Assembly (NCBI GenBank): GCA_002450835.1
Contig: DKAM01000030.1
Coordinates: 1 to 61,687 of the forward strand
Direction: 5' to 3'
DNA length: 61,687 bases
Source: Dehalococcoidia bacterium UBA6926
GTDB taxonomy: Bacteria; Chloroflexota; Dehalococcoidia; UBA6926
Made by a program: the position numbers and the translations under genes. The notes under the pieces were generated by a model. That model ran no database searches and was not told the origin of the DNA. It saw nothing but the letters and a program-made list of their open reading frames with translations. The first letter of the stretch is position 1. Every line of letters begins with the position of its first letter. Positions 39,203-48,710 of the stretch are shown piece by piece.

Positions 39203-39865
39203 ATGGGATATATACTAGGTTTACTGCTTGGTTATGTAATAGGTGCAACTCCTATTGTATATCAGATGGCGAAATCGAGAGGAATTGATCTGCGGTCGGT
39301 TGGAACAGGAAATGTCGGGACCTCTAACGCCTACCGTCACACAGGTAAGTCAATCGGAGCATTAGCGATTATCACTGATATGGGCAAAGGCTTCCTACCA
39401 CCTCTGTGTATGTCCATGCTAGGATTCGGACCTGCCGTGCAGTTAGCATCCGCTATAGGAGCCGTTATGGGACAAATGTGGCCGGCAACCTCAAAATTCC
39501 ATGGTGGACGAGGCAATGCGACGGCGGCCGGTGCTTGCTTGTTCTTTGATCAAACTTCTTTTTTAATAGCTTTGGTTTTTTTCCTAAGCACAACATTTTC
39601 AAAGGTTTATAAGATTCTTAAATCGGACAACTCTGGCTCTTCACCAAGAAGTAAAGTGGTACCCATTGTCGTAATACTAGCATTCGCTTTGTACGGTTTG
39701 CTATCCTTCAATTCAGGCCTAGGTATAGCATCTGTAGGATCAGTATTTTTCATCGGTTTGATTTTAGTTCGAAGGCTTACAGCACCCTGGCCACCCGATC
39801 CAATAACAGGTGATCTACCCCAAAAATCGATATTACGTATTTTAATTTTAGATCGTCCTAATTAA
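39203..39865 (+). CDS. PlsY-like glycerol-3-phosphate acyltransferase paralog (divergent)
   Basis: GIDLRSVGTGNVGTSN, D..KG, FHGGRG; motif 3 HxxN not seen. Confidence 0.72.
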   Translation: MGYILGLLLGYVIGATPIVYQMAKSRGIDLRSVGTGNVGTSNAYRHTGKSIGALAIITDMGKGFLPPLCMSMLGFGPAVQLASAIGAVMGQMWPATSKFHGGRGNATAAGACLFFDQTSFLIALVFFLSTTFSKVYKILKSDNSGSSPRSKVVPIVVILAFALYGLLSFNSGLGIASVGSVFFIGLILVRRLTAPWPPDPITGDLPQKSILRILILDRPN

Positions 39866-39892
39866 AATTGGTTTAAGATAGTGGGGGGTAAT

Positions 39893-41416
39893 ATGAATAT
39901 AGAAATGAGTCAAACAAATCTATTAGATATGGATTTAGATTGCTTAGTATCCTATGTATTTGAAGACGAGATCGATCCAAGTCTGGAATCACTAGAATTA
40001 AATAAGAGCCTCTCGGATTATATAACCGACTTAATCAATGATGGAGAAGTCAATGGCCGCTTCGGCCAACTAAATTTAGTCCACACGCATAAAAACGCAA
40101 AACAAAAAAGAATACTTTTTGCAGGGATGGGGAAAAAACAAGATTTCAATTTGGACCGCGCCCGTAAGTTGGCCGCTAATGTCGCAAAATTCATTCGTAA
40201 TAAGAATTTTAGCGTTTCTGGAGCACTTGCTGGACGTATTGAATTACCAAAAGCTATAGCAGTTAGCGACTTTTTTTCGGCGATAGTCGAAGGAGCAAGT
40301 TTAGGGCTTTATACTTTTGAAGATCATATGCGTAAAAAAGGTGATTCAACGAAACCTGAATCCAGTAGCCTTTTATTAGGTGGTTTAGGTGGATTGACCA
40401 ATAAACAGCAAGATGCTGTGCATAAAGCAGTCGAGACCGCTAAAGTGGTGTCTGAATCAGCAAAACTGGCTCGTGACCTAGTCAATGAGCCAGCTAACTT
40501 AATGACCCCAACAATTCTCGCAGAAAGGGCGAAATTAGCCGCTAAAGATACCAAACTAGATTATCAATCTTTAACGAAAAAACAGATTGAAAAACTCGGT
40601 ATGGGAGCATTCTTAGGCGTCGCAAAAGGCTCCCATGAAGAACCCAAATTCATAATCTTGAAATACTCTGGAGATCCCAAAAATCCTGACAAAGAGCTTG
40701 GGCTACTTGGTAAAGGCATAACTTTCGATTCTGGTGGAATATCCATAAAACCTGCTGCTAATATGTCTGCTATGAAAGGCGATATGGGAGGAGCAGCTGC
40801 GGTTATCGCATCAATGTACGGAGTAGCCCGTCTGGAATTAAAGATAAATATTACCGCCCTTGTGCCAGCAACTGAAAATTTACCTGGAGGATCCGCGACC
40901 AAACCCGGAGATTTATTGACCGCAATGAACGGGACCACTATTGAGGTTGAGAATACCGATGCAGAAGGACGATTAGTTTTAGCAGATGCTCTGGCCTATG
41001 CGAATGATCAGGGTTTATCACCATTGATCGACATAGCGACATTAACGGGAGCGATAGGTGTCGCCTTAGGATCAGTTTCAATGGGACTATTTTCAAATGA
41101 TGATACCTTGGCTAATCAATTGAATGAAAGTAGCTTGGATACAGGAGAAAAAATGTGGCGCATGCCATTATGGGATGAATACAAGGATCAAAATAAAAGT
41201 ACTGTTGCAGACATAAAAAATACAGGAGGAAGGCAAGCAGGTTCAATTACAGCCGCGCAATTCCTCCACGAGTTCGCGGGAGATACCCCTTGGGCACACT
41301 TAGACATAGCATCAGTCTTTATGAGTTCAAAAGTAGATGGCATATATCAAAAAGGTGCAACTGGACAACCTGTTCGGACGTTGATTTCATTATTTACAAA
41401 GCTAGCAGCAAAATAA
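39893..41416 (+). CDS. pepA: Leucyl aminopeptidase (M17)
   Basis: GKGITFDSGG, MKGDMGGAA, NTDAEGRL, ATLTGA, WAHLDIA. Confidence 0.95.
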   Translation: MNIEMSQTNLLDMDLDCLVSYVFEDEIDPSLESLELNKSLSDYITDLINDGEVNGRFGQLNLVHTHKNAKQKRILFAGMGKKQDFNLDRARKLAANVAKFIRNKNFSVSGALAGRIELPKAIAVSDFFSAIVEGASLGLYTFEDHMRKKGDSTKPESSSLLLGGLGGLTNKQQDAVHKAVETAKVVSESAKLARDLVNEPANLMTPTILAERAKLAAKDTKLDYQSLTKKQIEKLGMGAFLGVAKGSHEEPKFIILKYSGDPKNPDKELGLLGKGITFDSGGISIKPAANMSAMKGDMGGAAAVIASMYGVARLELKINITALVPATENLPGGSATKPGDLLTAMNGTTIEVENTDAEGRLVLADALAYANDQGLSPLIDIATLTGAIGVALGSVSMGLFSNDDTLANQLNESSLDTGEKMWRMPLWDEYKDQNKSTVADIKNTGGRQAGSITAAQFLHEFAGDTPWAHLDIASVFMSSKVDGIYQKGATGQPVRTLISLFTKLAAK

Positions 41417-41488
41417 ATATGATTTTATGCTTTGAGATTTTTTAATGTGAATCTTTTTCTAGCTATCGGTTAGCTTCTAATCGTATTA

Positions 41489-42709
41489 TTATCTCGATGG
41501 CCTAGTACCCAACGTGACCGAGACATCCATAAGTTCCTTATCTCGAATAACAGTAAAAATATGGGTTTCTCCAGGCTCTCCTTCATTAATTAAATACGAT
41601 ACAACATCGTCAACACCTGATATTTCTCTACCATTTATTCCCACAATAATATCGCCTCCGATAGGTATAATTGAACCTTCAATTTCAGTTTCCCCAGAAG
41701 ATCCTCTAAGCCCTGCTTTTTCAGCAGGGCCGCCTTCAACTACGCTAGATATGAAGGCACCTCTAGTATCTCTGTCTAATCCCAATGCTTCAGCTACAAC
41801 AGTACCTACGGCAAAACCTTCAACACCAAGCCAAGCGTATTCATGTTTACCATAAAGAATTAAGTCAGGTATGACTTTTTTTGCAATATTCACAGGTACG
41901 GCGAATCCAATCCCAGCACTGGAATTGCTTGTAGTAATAATCTGGCTATTAATACCAATAACCTGCCCTTTCCGATTTAATAAAGGCCCACCCGAATTAC
42001 CCGGGTTTATGGAAGCATCGGTCTGTATTGCTTCGGGTATAGAGTATTGGCTATCCCCTTGTATAGATCGTCCCACCGCACTTATAATCCCGCTTGTTAA
42101 TGTGAAGTCTTGGCCAAATGGAGTACCTATAGCGGCAGCTAACTCCCCCACCCGAACAATATTACTATCTCCAAGAGAAACAGGCCTGTAGCGACCATGT
42201 TGTAGTTCTGTTTTTAAAACTGCTAAGTCAGAGTCAGGATCAATGCCAACTACTTCTGCTTTCAAGCTCAATCCATCATAAAAGATAACGTTCACTATAT
42301 CGGCATCAGCGACTACATGGTGGTTTGTCACTATATACCCGTCTTGTGACCACAAAAAACCCGATCCATCGCCCGGCAAATAATATTCCTGGCTTTCGTT
42401 ACGTCCATAACCCGACACGTTCACTTTTCTCTTTATCTCTACATGTACAACGGATAAAAGTAAATCTTGATAGATGTTGTTAAGTACCGTTTCTTCAGCT
42501 CGAACTATTTCCAAAGCCTTTTCTAGATCTTGGTCAGAAACAACAATGCGCCCCGACAATCCAGACTTTGCAGGCTCTGGTACTGCAAGGGTAGACGTTT
42601 CAGGAGTTTGATCGCCACTATCTAAAGTTTCATCATTCTGAAATATCGAGCAGCTGATACTAAAATTAAGAAACAAAATAAAAACAAATATTAATCTTAG
42701 ATGATACAA
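41489..42709 (-). CDS. htrA: HtrA/DegP-family serine protease lipoprotein, single PDZ
   Basis: Lipobox SISC; TNHHVV, DSDLAV, QTDASINPGNSGG; PDZ with GDII; TTG start after SD GAGG. Confidence 0.92.
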   Translation of the reverse strand: MYHLRLIFVFILFLNFSISCSIFQNDETLDSGDQTPETSTLAVPEPAKSGLSGRIVVSDQDLEKALEIVRAEETVLNNIYQDLLLSVVHVEIKRKVNVSGYGRNESQEYYLPGDGSGFLWSQDGYIVTNHHVVADADIVNVIFYDGLSLKAEVVGIDPDSDLAVLKTELQHGRYRPVSLGDSNIVRVGELAAAIGTPFGQDFTLTSGIISAVGRSIQGDSQYSIPEAIQTDASINPGNSGGPLLNRKGQVIGINSQIITTSNSSAGIGFAVPVNIAKKVIPDLILYGKHEYAWLGVEGFAVGTVVAEALGLDRDTRGAFISSVVEGGPAEKAGLRGSSGETEIEGSIIPIGGDIIVGINGREISGVDDVVSYLINEGEPGETHIFTVIRDKELMDVSVTLGTRPSR

Positions 42710-42941
42710 GTATTACCTCTTTCAGTGGTTACGCCAATATTAGAGCCGCCGATAATCAAATAAAATAATACACCATCATTTTATTGACAACTATCTTAGG
42801 CTCACTTTTGACAAAATCTAATTATTGATTACAATCTAGTTTCCAATACCACCACCGAGCTAGTGTGGGGAACCAGCTCGGTGGCCAGGGAGTAAAGGAG
42901 AAAAAGGGTAATTTATTACAATGTAAAAAAATTAGTATTAA

Positions 42942-45641
42942 TTAGCATTTCGAATAGCCGCATGAAAAGCACATTAGGCAACCTTCAGTAAAAACCAGGG
43001 ATGCATAGCAGTCCGGACATTGGGGACTAGTAGATGCCTGATCATTAGCTGAAGCCTTAGGGAACAAACTTGGCTGAACTATATGAGTTGGGATTTCTCC
43101 ATCGCTCTCTTCATCTACTATAGTATTGGTTTCAGTATACTCAGTTCCAGGTAACATCTTATCCGAAAAAGCTTTCCTCGCTCTCCTAGCGAGTTCTTTA
43201 CGCTCTTCATCCTCTGGAACCGCGTGTCTTATTAGAGCTAAAGCAACGGCATCAGGTGCGCTCAATACCTGTTGACCTTTATCCCAAGTAGGTAGATCAG
43301 TTATTCCCCTCAGTTGATCTACCACTTGCGCAACATCTACGCCAGAGCGTAACGCTAAAGAGGCCATGCGGCTAACTGCTTCCAAATACGCTGCATCACT
43401 CGATCCTGCTTTACCAAGATTTGTGAAAACTTCAAATGGGCGGCCTTCTTCATTAAATGTGATTGTCACATAAAGATTACCGTGGCCAGTCCTAATGCGA
43501 TCCGTAACAGCAGGTAATGTGGTAGGCCGTACTCGGGGTGCTCGGTTAGCAACTCCATCTTCATCGCCTTCTGTGGCATCAGCTTTACCAGTTTCTAAAA
43601 CCTGCATACTCTTGGATCCATCCCGATATACAGTAGTTGCTTTACAACCCGTTTCCCAAGATTGCCAAAAAGACTTTGCAATATCCTCTACAGAAGCGGA
43701 GTTAGCCAGGTTTATCGTCTTTGAAACAGAATTTGTAGTATTATCTTGCCAAGCTGCTTGCATTTTTATGTGCCAAGCAGGGTCTATAGCCATAGCTGTT
43801 CTAACACCATGTTTATCAATTATCATTTCAACGGCGTCATCACGCCATTGTGGATCATCAGCCAATTGTCTTAGGACTGAATCAGCGCGCTCTCCCCCGA
43901 CTTCATCAATCAATGCTTGTCTCACTGGTAGGGGTGCATCTAAAAATCTAGTGCTTGTACCATCATGATCTTCCCATAATATGTTAGACCACCAAGCCAA
44001 AGCAAAATGTGGTTCAATACCAGAAGAACAATCCGCTAACCGTGATATCGTGCCAGTCGGAGCTATGGTAGTTACACTTGAATGGCGAACCGGCGGCATA
44101 CCATTCTCTTGTAATCGAGATCCTTGATAAGCTGGGAATTCACCCCTTATTATGGCCAGTGATTCTGATTCTTCCCACGCTTTTTCCCTTATAAAAGAGC
44201 CTACTTTTTTAGCAAGCTCAAGTGCTTCTTCAGAATTATAGGGAAGATTAAATTTGACTAGTGAATCTGCCCAACCCATGATTCCCAGTCCTATTCTTCT
44301 AGTTTGCAGATTCATTTCCCTTAACTCGGGTAATGGAAACGTGTTAACCTCGATTACATCATCTAAAAATCTAACTGCTAACTTAACCGTTTTTTCTAGC
44401 TCAACCCAATCAAATTGATTATCTCCACCGATATGTTTTGATAAATCGATCGATCCTAAGCAACAATTACCGTAATTCTCTAAAAATTCCTCTCCGCAAG
44501 GATTGGAGGTTTTTATCCGTCCAAGCTGAGGGCTAGGTTGGGTATCCCAAACTCTGTCGATAAAAACCAATCCGGGATCGCCTGTCTTCCACGCAGATTC
44601 GGCGATGTCATGCCATAATTCTCTGGCGTTAACTGTATTTTCCACGACATTGCTCTTGGGATTAATTAAGTCCCATTCTTTATCATCCTCAACTGCACTC
44701 ATAAATTCATCTGTAACCTGAACAGAGATATTGAAATTCTGTAAGGACGCATCATCATCCTTAGCATGGATAAATTCCTGTATATCTGGATGGCTAACGC
44801 TTAATTGACCCATATGGGCCCCTAACCTAAACGAACCTTGAGTTAAAGTGGCTCCTACTGCCGAATACAGCTTCATAACTGCTATGGGACCACACGCCAT
44901 ACCGTGTGTAGTGGCGATTGGATCTCCTTTCGGACGCAAATCAGAAAACCCAAACCCGATTCCACCACCCCATTTTTCAATCATTGCAGCATCGTGGGCA
45001 ACTTTCATAATAGATTCCATATTGTCTTCGGGTGATACAACAAAACATGCACTCAAAGAGCCCTTATTATCTTTTCCAGCATTAACCAAGGTCGGTGAGT
45101 TAGGTAAAAATTTCAAGCTAGATATCAACTCATAAAATTTTCTAGTCCACTGAGACACTTCTTCAGTATTATCGGTAAAATTCTCTTCTCCTGCTGATAT
45201 AGCTCTAGACACCCTGTAGAATAAGCCCTTGGCATCTTCTATCGGGTTTCCTTCCTCATCCCTTGCCAGGTATCTTTGCTCAAGTATTGCTAGAGCATTA
45301 GGAGACAGCGGTGGTTCGGGCTCATTGCCTAAATCCCAGCTAGCATTATTCGTTGATGTATCGACAGAAGCTGGCTTATGTCCGTTACCGTTTAACTCGT
45401 CAGTTTCTTCAATAATGTCAGAAAGCCATTCTTTAAATCCCTTACCATTTTGAGATCCGTTATTTAATTTGCTCAAGCCTTCCAGGTTGTTAGATCCTTC
45501 TGAATTTTCGATGTAAGACATAATTTGTTCAGTTAGTGTTTCAGTGTCAGATGATTTTTCACTTAAAAGACTTTCAATCGCACTTTTAAGCGCATTCCTA
45601 TTTGCCGCTGAAAATGATGTAGGGTCGATCTCGGTTGCCAT
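42942..45641 (-). CDS. nrdJ: Class II (adenosylcobalamin-dependent) ribonucleotide reductase with fused TSCPD domain and C-terminal zinc ribbon
   Basis: FLPNSPTL, SACFV, GGGIG, NPCGE, TIAPTGTIS, SSGIEP, SKTIN, YRDGS; C-terminal GKAG, CPDC..EGC..C.SCGYSKC; start after SD AGGAGG. Confidence 0.93.
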   Translation of the reverse strand: MATEIDPTSFSAANRNALKSAIESLLSEKSSDTETLTEQIMSYIENSEGSNNLEGLSKLNNGSQNGKGFKEWLSDIIEETDELNGNGHKPASVDTSTNNASWDLGNEPEPPLSPNALAILEQRYLARDEEGNPIEDAKGLFYRVSRAISAGEENFTDNTEEVSQWTRKFYELISSLKFLPNSPTLVNAGKDNKGSLSACFVVSPEDNMESIMKVAHDAAMIEKWGGGIGFGFSDLRPKGDPIATTHGMACGPIAVMKLYSAVGATLTQGSFRLGAHMGQLSVSHPDIQEFIHAKDDDASLQNFNISVQVTDEFMSAVEDDKEWDLINPKSNVVENTVNARELWHDIAESAWKTGDPGLVFIDRVWDTQPSPQLGRIKTSNPCGEEFLENYGNCCLGSIDLSKHIGGDNQFDWVELEKTVKLAVRFLDDVIEVNTFPLPELREMNLQTRRIGLGIMGWADSLVKFNLPYNSEEALELAKKVGSFIREKAWEESESLAIIRGEFPAYQGSRLQENGMPPVRHSSVTTIAPTGTISRLADCSSGIEPHFALAWWSNILWEDHDGTSTRFLDAPLPVRQALIDEVGGERADSVLRQLADDPQWRDDAVEMIIDKHGVRTAMAIDPAWHIKMQAAWQDNTTNSVSKTINLANSASVEDIAKSFWQSWETGCKATTVYRDGSKSMQVLETGKADATEGDEDGVANRAPRVRPTTLPAVTDRIRTGHGNLYVTITFNEEGRPFEVFTNLGKAGSSDAAYLEAVSRMASLALRSGVDVAQVVDQLRGITDLPTWDKGQQVLSAPDAVALALIRHAVPEDEERKELARRARKAFSDKMLPGTEYTETNTIVDEESDGEIPTHIVQPSLFPKASANDQASTSPQCPDCYASLVFTEGCLMCFSCGYSKC

Positions 45642-45708
45642 GATACTTGTAAGCCTCCTAATAAATGCGCTATTAAAACTATATAAGCGTACCAACGCCC
45701 ATTGCTAA

Positions 45709-46239
45709 CTATGATTTTCTAGGTCTTCCACGCCTCCTTGAAGTCGAATGATCCGGTGGGAGTAAAGCTAGTTGCTCCGTTGAAAACAAAGTGTTCTCTA
45801 TTTGGAGACCTTCTACGGCTTCTCTGAAATCGTCTTCGTCTGCAAAGTCACGATAAACGCTCGCGAATCTTATGTATGCCACTCGATCCATTATCCTTAA
45901 TGCGTTCATTGTCAGCTCTCCAATCAATTTACTAGAAATTTCCTCTCTCCCTCGCTTATGTAATTCCTCTTCTATTTCCTCAACTATTTTCTCTGCTGAA
46001 CCAGATGGCAGAACCCGCTTCGCGAGCGCTATACTAATCCCGTTCAACAATTTCTCTCTATTAAATTCCTCAACTCTACCGTCTTGTTTAACCACAGAGA
46101 GTGTGGATGTCTGAAGCTTTTCAACCGTACTATACCGACTTCCACACCTCAGACATTCGCGTCTCCGCCGAATTCCTGTTTGCAAATCTCTCGTGTCTAA
46201 AACCTTTGATTCATTATCTCCACAATGCGTACAACGCAT
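45709..46239 (-). CDS. nrdR: Transcriptional repressor NrdR
   Basis: MRC.HC, RRRRECLRC, ATP cone, DRVAYIRFASVY. Confidence 0.96.
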   Translation of the reverse strand: MRCTHCGDNESKVLDTRDLQTGIRRRRECLRCGSRYSTVEKLQTSTLSVVKQDGRVEEFNREKLLNGISIALAKRVLPSGSAEKIVEEIEEELHKRGREEISSKLIGELTMNALRIMDRVAYIRFASVYRDFADEDDFREAVEGLQIENTLFSTEQLALLPPDHSTSRRRGRPRKS

Positions 46240-46306
46240 CGAAATCTCCCGCGACTCCGAGTCTTCTTTCTTTCGATACCCTCCCGGTCAATAAATTAAC
46301 TAAAAT

Positions 46307-46352
46307 GTCCTATATATCGGAGCCGCAAGCCATAATTAACTACCTGTAGGGT
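46307..46352. promoter_or_regulatory. Tandem putative NrdR boxes upstream of nrdR-nrdJ
   Basis: gtcCTATATATCGgag (46307-46322) and taaCTACCTGTAGggt (46337-46352) fit the acaCwAtATaTwGtgt consensus core; starts are 30 bp apart. Confidence 0.55.
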
Positions 46353-46485
46353 TTATTTGTCAATCCCCTAAAGCATGATTTCAGTGTTTTTAAGGCGATA
46401 TTGGGTCGATTTATGGTGTCTATTCCGTGATTTACATACAGAGGCGTTAATCATGTTTGCGCGCGGACGATATAATAAGGAAACA

Positions 46486-46986
46486 ATGAACACTAATAAA
46501 CACAAAAGAAAATTAAATAAAACTCGATCATCTGACCAGCTGATCTCTACGAACCGTGGTGCTCGGTTTGGTTACCATATCCTCAAAAGTATGGAGGCGG
46601 GAATTGCATTAAAGGGTACAGAGATTAAATCGATTCGCACAGCCAGGGTTTCCTTGCAGCATTCTTTCGCCCGAATAACCAAATCTGAGGCGTGGTTACA
46701 CAATATGCATATACCCACGTACAAAGAAGGGAACATATATAATCACGATCCTGCACGACCGCGTAAGTTGCTTCTTCGAAAGACTCAAATAACAGAACTC
46801 GAACGAGAGATGAAATCTTCTAATTTAACCCTTATTCCGTTGCGCTTATATATAACAAGACATAAAGCGAAAGTGGAGATAGCTCTCGCCCAGGGCAAAA
46901 AGCTCCGCGATAAGAGGCGACTGATTGCAAAAAGAGATACAGATAGAGAAATTTCCAGACGTCTTAAAAACCGGCAGGCACAATAA
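46486..46986 (+). CDS. smpB: SsrA-binding protein SmpB
   Basis: NR.A, EAGIALKGTEIKSIR, NHDP.RPRKLLL, TLIPL, GKK..DKR; start ATG 46486 after SD AAGG. Confidence 0.95.
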   Translation: MNTNKHKRKLNKTRSSDQLISTNRGARFGYHILKSMEAGIALKGTEIKSIRTARVSLQHSFARITKSEAWLHNMHIPTYKEGNIYNHDPARPRKLLLRKTQITELEREMKSSNLTLIPLRLYITRHKAKVEIALAQGKKLRDKRRLIAKRDTDREISRRLKNRQAQ

Positions 46987-47041
46987 TATGAATGAAAGCA
47001 ACCACCGTAGATAGTCACGCTGATCAATTTCTATAGGGAGT

Positions 47042-47069
47042 TTGAAGCTGGAAATATATAATCTATAAT
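47042..47069 (+). promoter_or_regulatory. Putative promoter of tmRNA
   Basis: TTGAAG-16 nt-TATAAT, 9 nt upstream of the mature 5' end. Confidence 0.55.
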
Positions 47070-47078
47070 ACTTTCTAC

Positions 47079-47434
47079 GGGGGCGCGTGGTTTCGACAAG
47101 GGATCAACCCCGGTGATAGAGCAGGTCGAGGTGCCACCACCTCGTTAAACTGATGGCAAAAAATTAGCTGGCAAAAAACAGCTTGCACTCGCTGCGTAAC
47201 TAATACGCTGTGACGTTCGAAAATCTCTCCTCCTACTGGAAATTTCGAACGACAATTAAGTAGGATGCGGCCGCTAGGAGGCCGGGGCTTAGCAGCCAAA
47301 GATTTTTCCGGCTGGCTACGATTCGACCGTGTCGGTTGGGTCCCATCGTGGCGACATTATAACCGACTAAACCTGTAGCGCTTCACTTAGGGCATCCTTT
47401 GGACGGGGGGTTCGACACCCCCCCGCCTCCACCA
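47079..47434 (+). ncRNA. ssrA: tmRNA; tag peptide (A)GKKQLALAA
   Basis: 5' GGGGGCG...GGTTTCGAC, 3' GGTTCGAC...CGCCTCCACCA with G-U acceptor pair; tag frame GGC AAA AAA CAG CTT GCA CTC GCT GCG TAA; directly downstream of smpB. Confidence 0.95.
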
Positions 47435-47453
47435 ACAACAAATTGGTGTTAAA

Positions 47454-48707
47454 TTAATATTGTCTTAGCTGGACGGCAATTTTGTACCAACTAACAATAA
47501 AAATAAGGCCAATAGACGTTACTACCGTGACAGCCACCCCGGGTCCTAATAATTCCGCTAGAGCCCCAAGGCCAAACATTGAAAGAGGCAAAACGCCTAT
47601 AGCCATGTTAAGCATGCCTATAGCTCTCCCCCGAGTATCCTCGTCAGCTAATAAAAGCACTAATGTAGCCTGCATAGTAGCGAACCCCGCTACTCCTATA
47701 CCTGCTACCACCAAACTTAGTGCGGAGATAACATACGTAGACGATAAAGAAAATATTAGTAACCCAAGAAGTGAACAAAAAGCTCCTCCGATATAGTAAG
47801 GGTATTTCCTGTATGCCTTGTTTCTAGAAACTAAATAAAATGCTCCTAATAGTGAGCCAAAACCTTGCGAACTTCCCAGTATACCCATCGCCACAGGGCC
47901 AACATCTAAAACTTGTTCAGCAAATACAGGGATTAGAGGCAAATAAGGGAAAAAACTAATATTGATGATTATCGTTATACCGAGCAAACCTAATATCGCT
48001 CTATTAGCAGTAACAACCCTTAGACCATCTACTAGCGCACGAAATATATTTTGTGGTGAAGATCCCTCTCGTTGTTTTTTGGGAACGTTAACTTGAGACA
48101 AAAAGATAATAGAAATCAAAAACAACACAATAATACTAAGGTAAGCTCCACCTGCGTTGGCTGTTCCACCAATGATAGAAACATCCAACAATATACCCCC
48201 TATCGTAGGACCCAATATCAAAGCGCTAGTCGCGGACAAGTATTCCAGAGATATTGCTGTCGCTACTAAATCAGACCCCACGAGGTCGTACGCTAAAGTC
48301 CTTCTAGCAGTTATATCCAAAGTACCAGCCATGCCAAAAAAGAAAGTTAGAGCTATAACTTGCCAGGATTCTACAGTCTGGGAATAAACTAAGGTAAAGC
48401 ACAGTGCGACGACACTCAGGTTCCACATATGAGCTAACACCATTAAGAGTTTTCGGTTGTAAGAGTCCACAAGGGCACCGCTAACTAATCCTCCTAGGAG
48501 CATCGGCGCGAAATATGCGACCCCAACCAATGAAGTCTGTATGATTGAACCACTAAGTTCGAGTACGAGATACCCTGAGACTAGCATCCACATCCAACGA
48601 GCTAATTGCCACAAAAGGCCATTTGGCCAAAGATGACGATAGCTCCTGTTCGATAGAACACTTCTTACGGGGTGGGAGTTTCCTTCTTTAGATAGGTTAA
48701 CTGTCAT
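47454..48707 (-). CDS. MFS transporter
   Basis: About 12 TM segments; GALVDSYNRK motif A; RGRA; 3-bp gap from the di-haem gene. Confidence 0.87.
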   Translation of the reverse strand: MTVNLSKEGNSHPVRSVLSNRSYRHLWPNGLLWQLARWMWMLVSGYLVLELSGSIIQTSLVGVAYFAPMLLGGLVSGALVDSYNRKLLMVLAHMWNLSVVALCFTLVYSQTVESWQVIALTFFFGMAGTLDITARRTLAYDLVGSDLVATAISLEYLSATSALILGPTIGGILLDVSIIGGTANAGGAYLSIIVLFLISIIFLSQVNVPKKQREGSSPQNIFRALVDGLRVVTANRAILGLLGITIIINISFFPYLPLIPVFAEQVLDVGPVAMGILGSSQGFGSLLGAFYLVSRNKAYRKYPYYIGGAFCSLLGLLIFSLSSTYVISALSLVVAGIGVAGFATMQATLVLLLADEDTRGRAIGMLNMAIGVLPLSMFGLGALAELLGPGVAVTVVTSIGLIFIVSWYKIAVQLRQY

Positions 48708-48710
48708 CTC

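Noticed and set aside
45642-46480. Cobalamin riboswitch upstream of nrdJ
   Set aside because: No B12-box or GGGAA...GCCACUG pattern seen; NrdR boxes explain the regulation better
47075-47299. 74-aa minus-strand ORF
   Set aside because: Antisense to tmRNA
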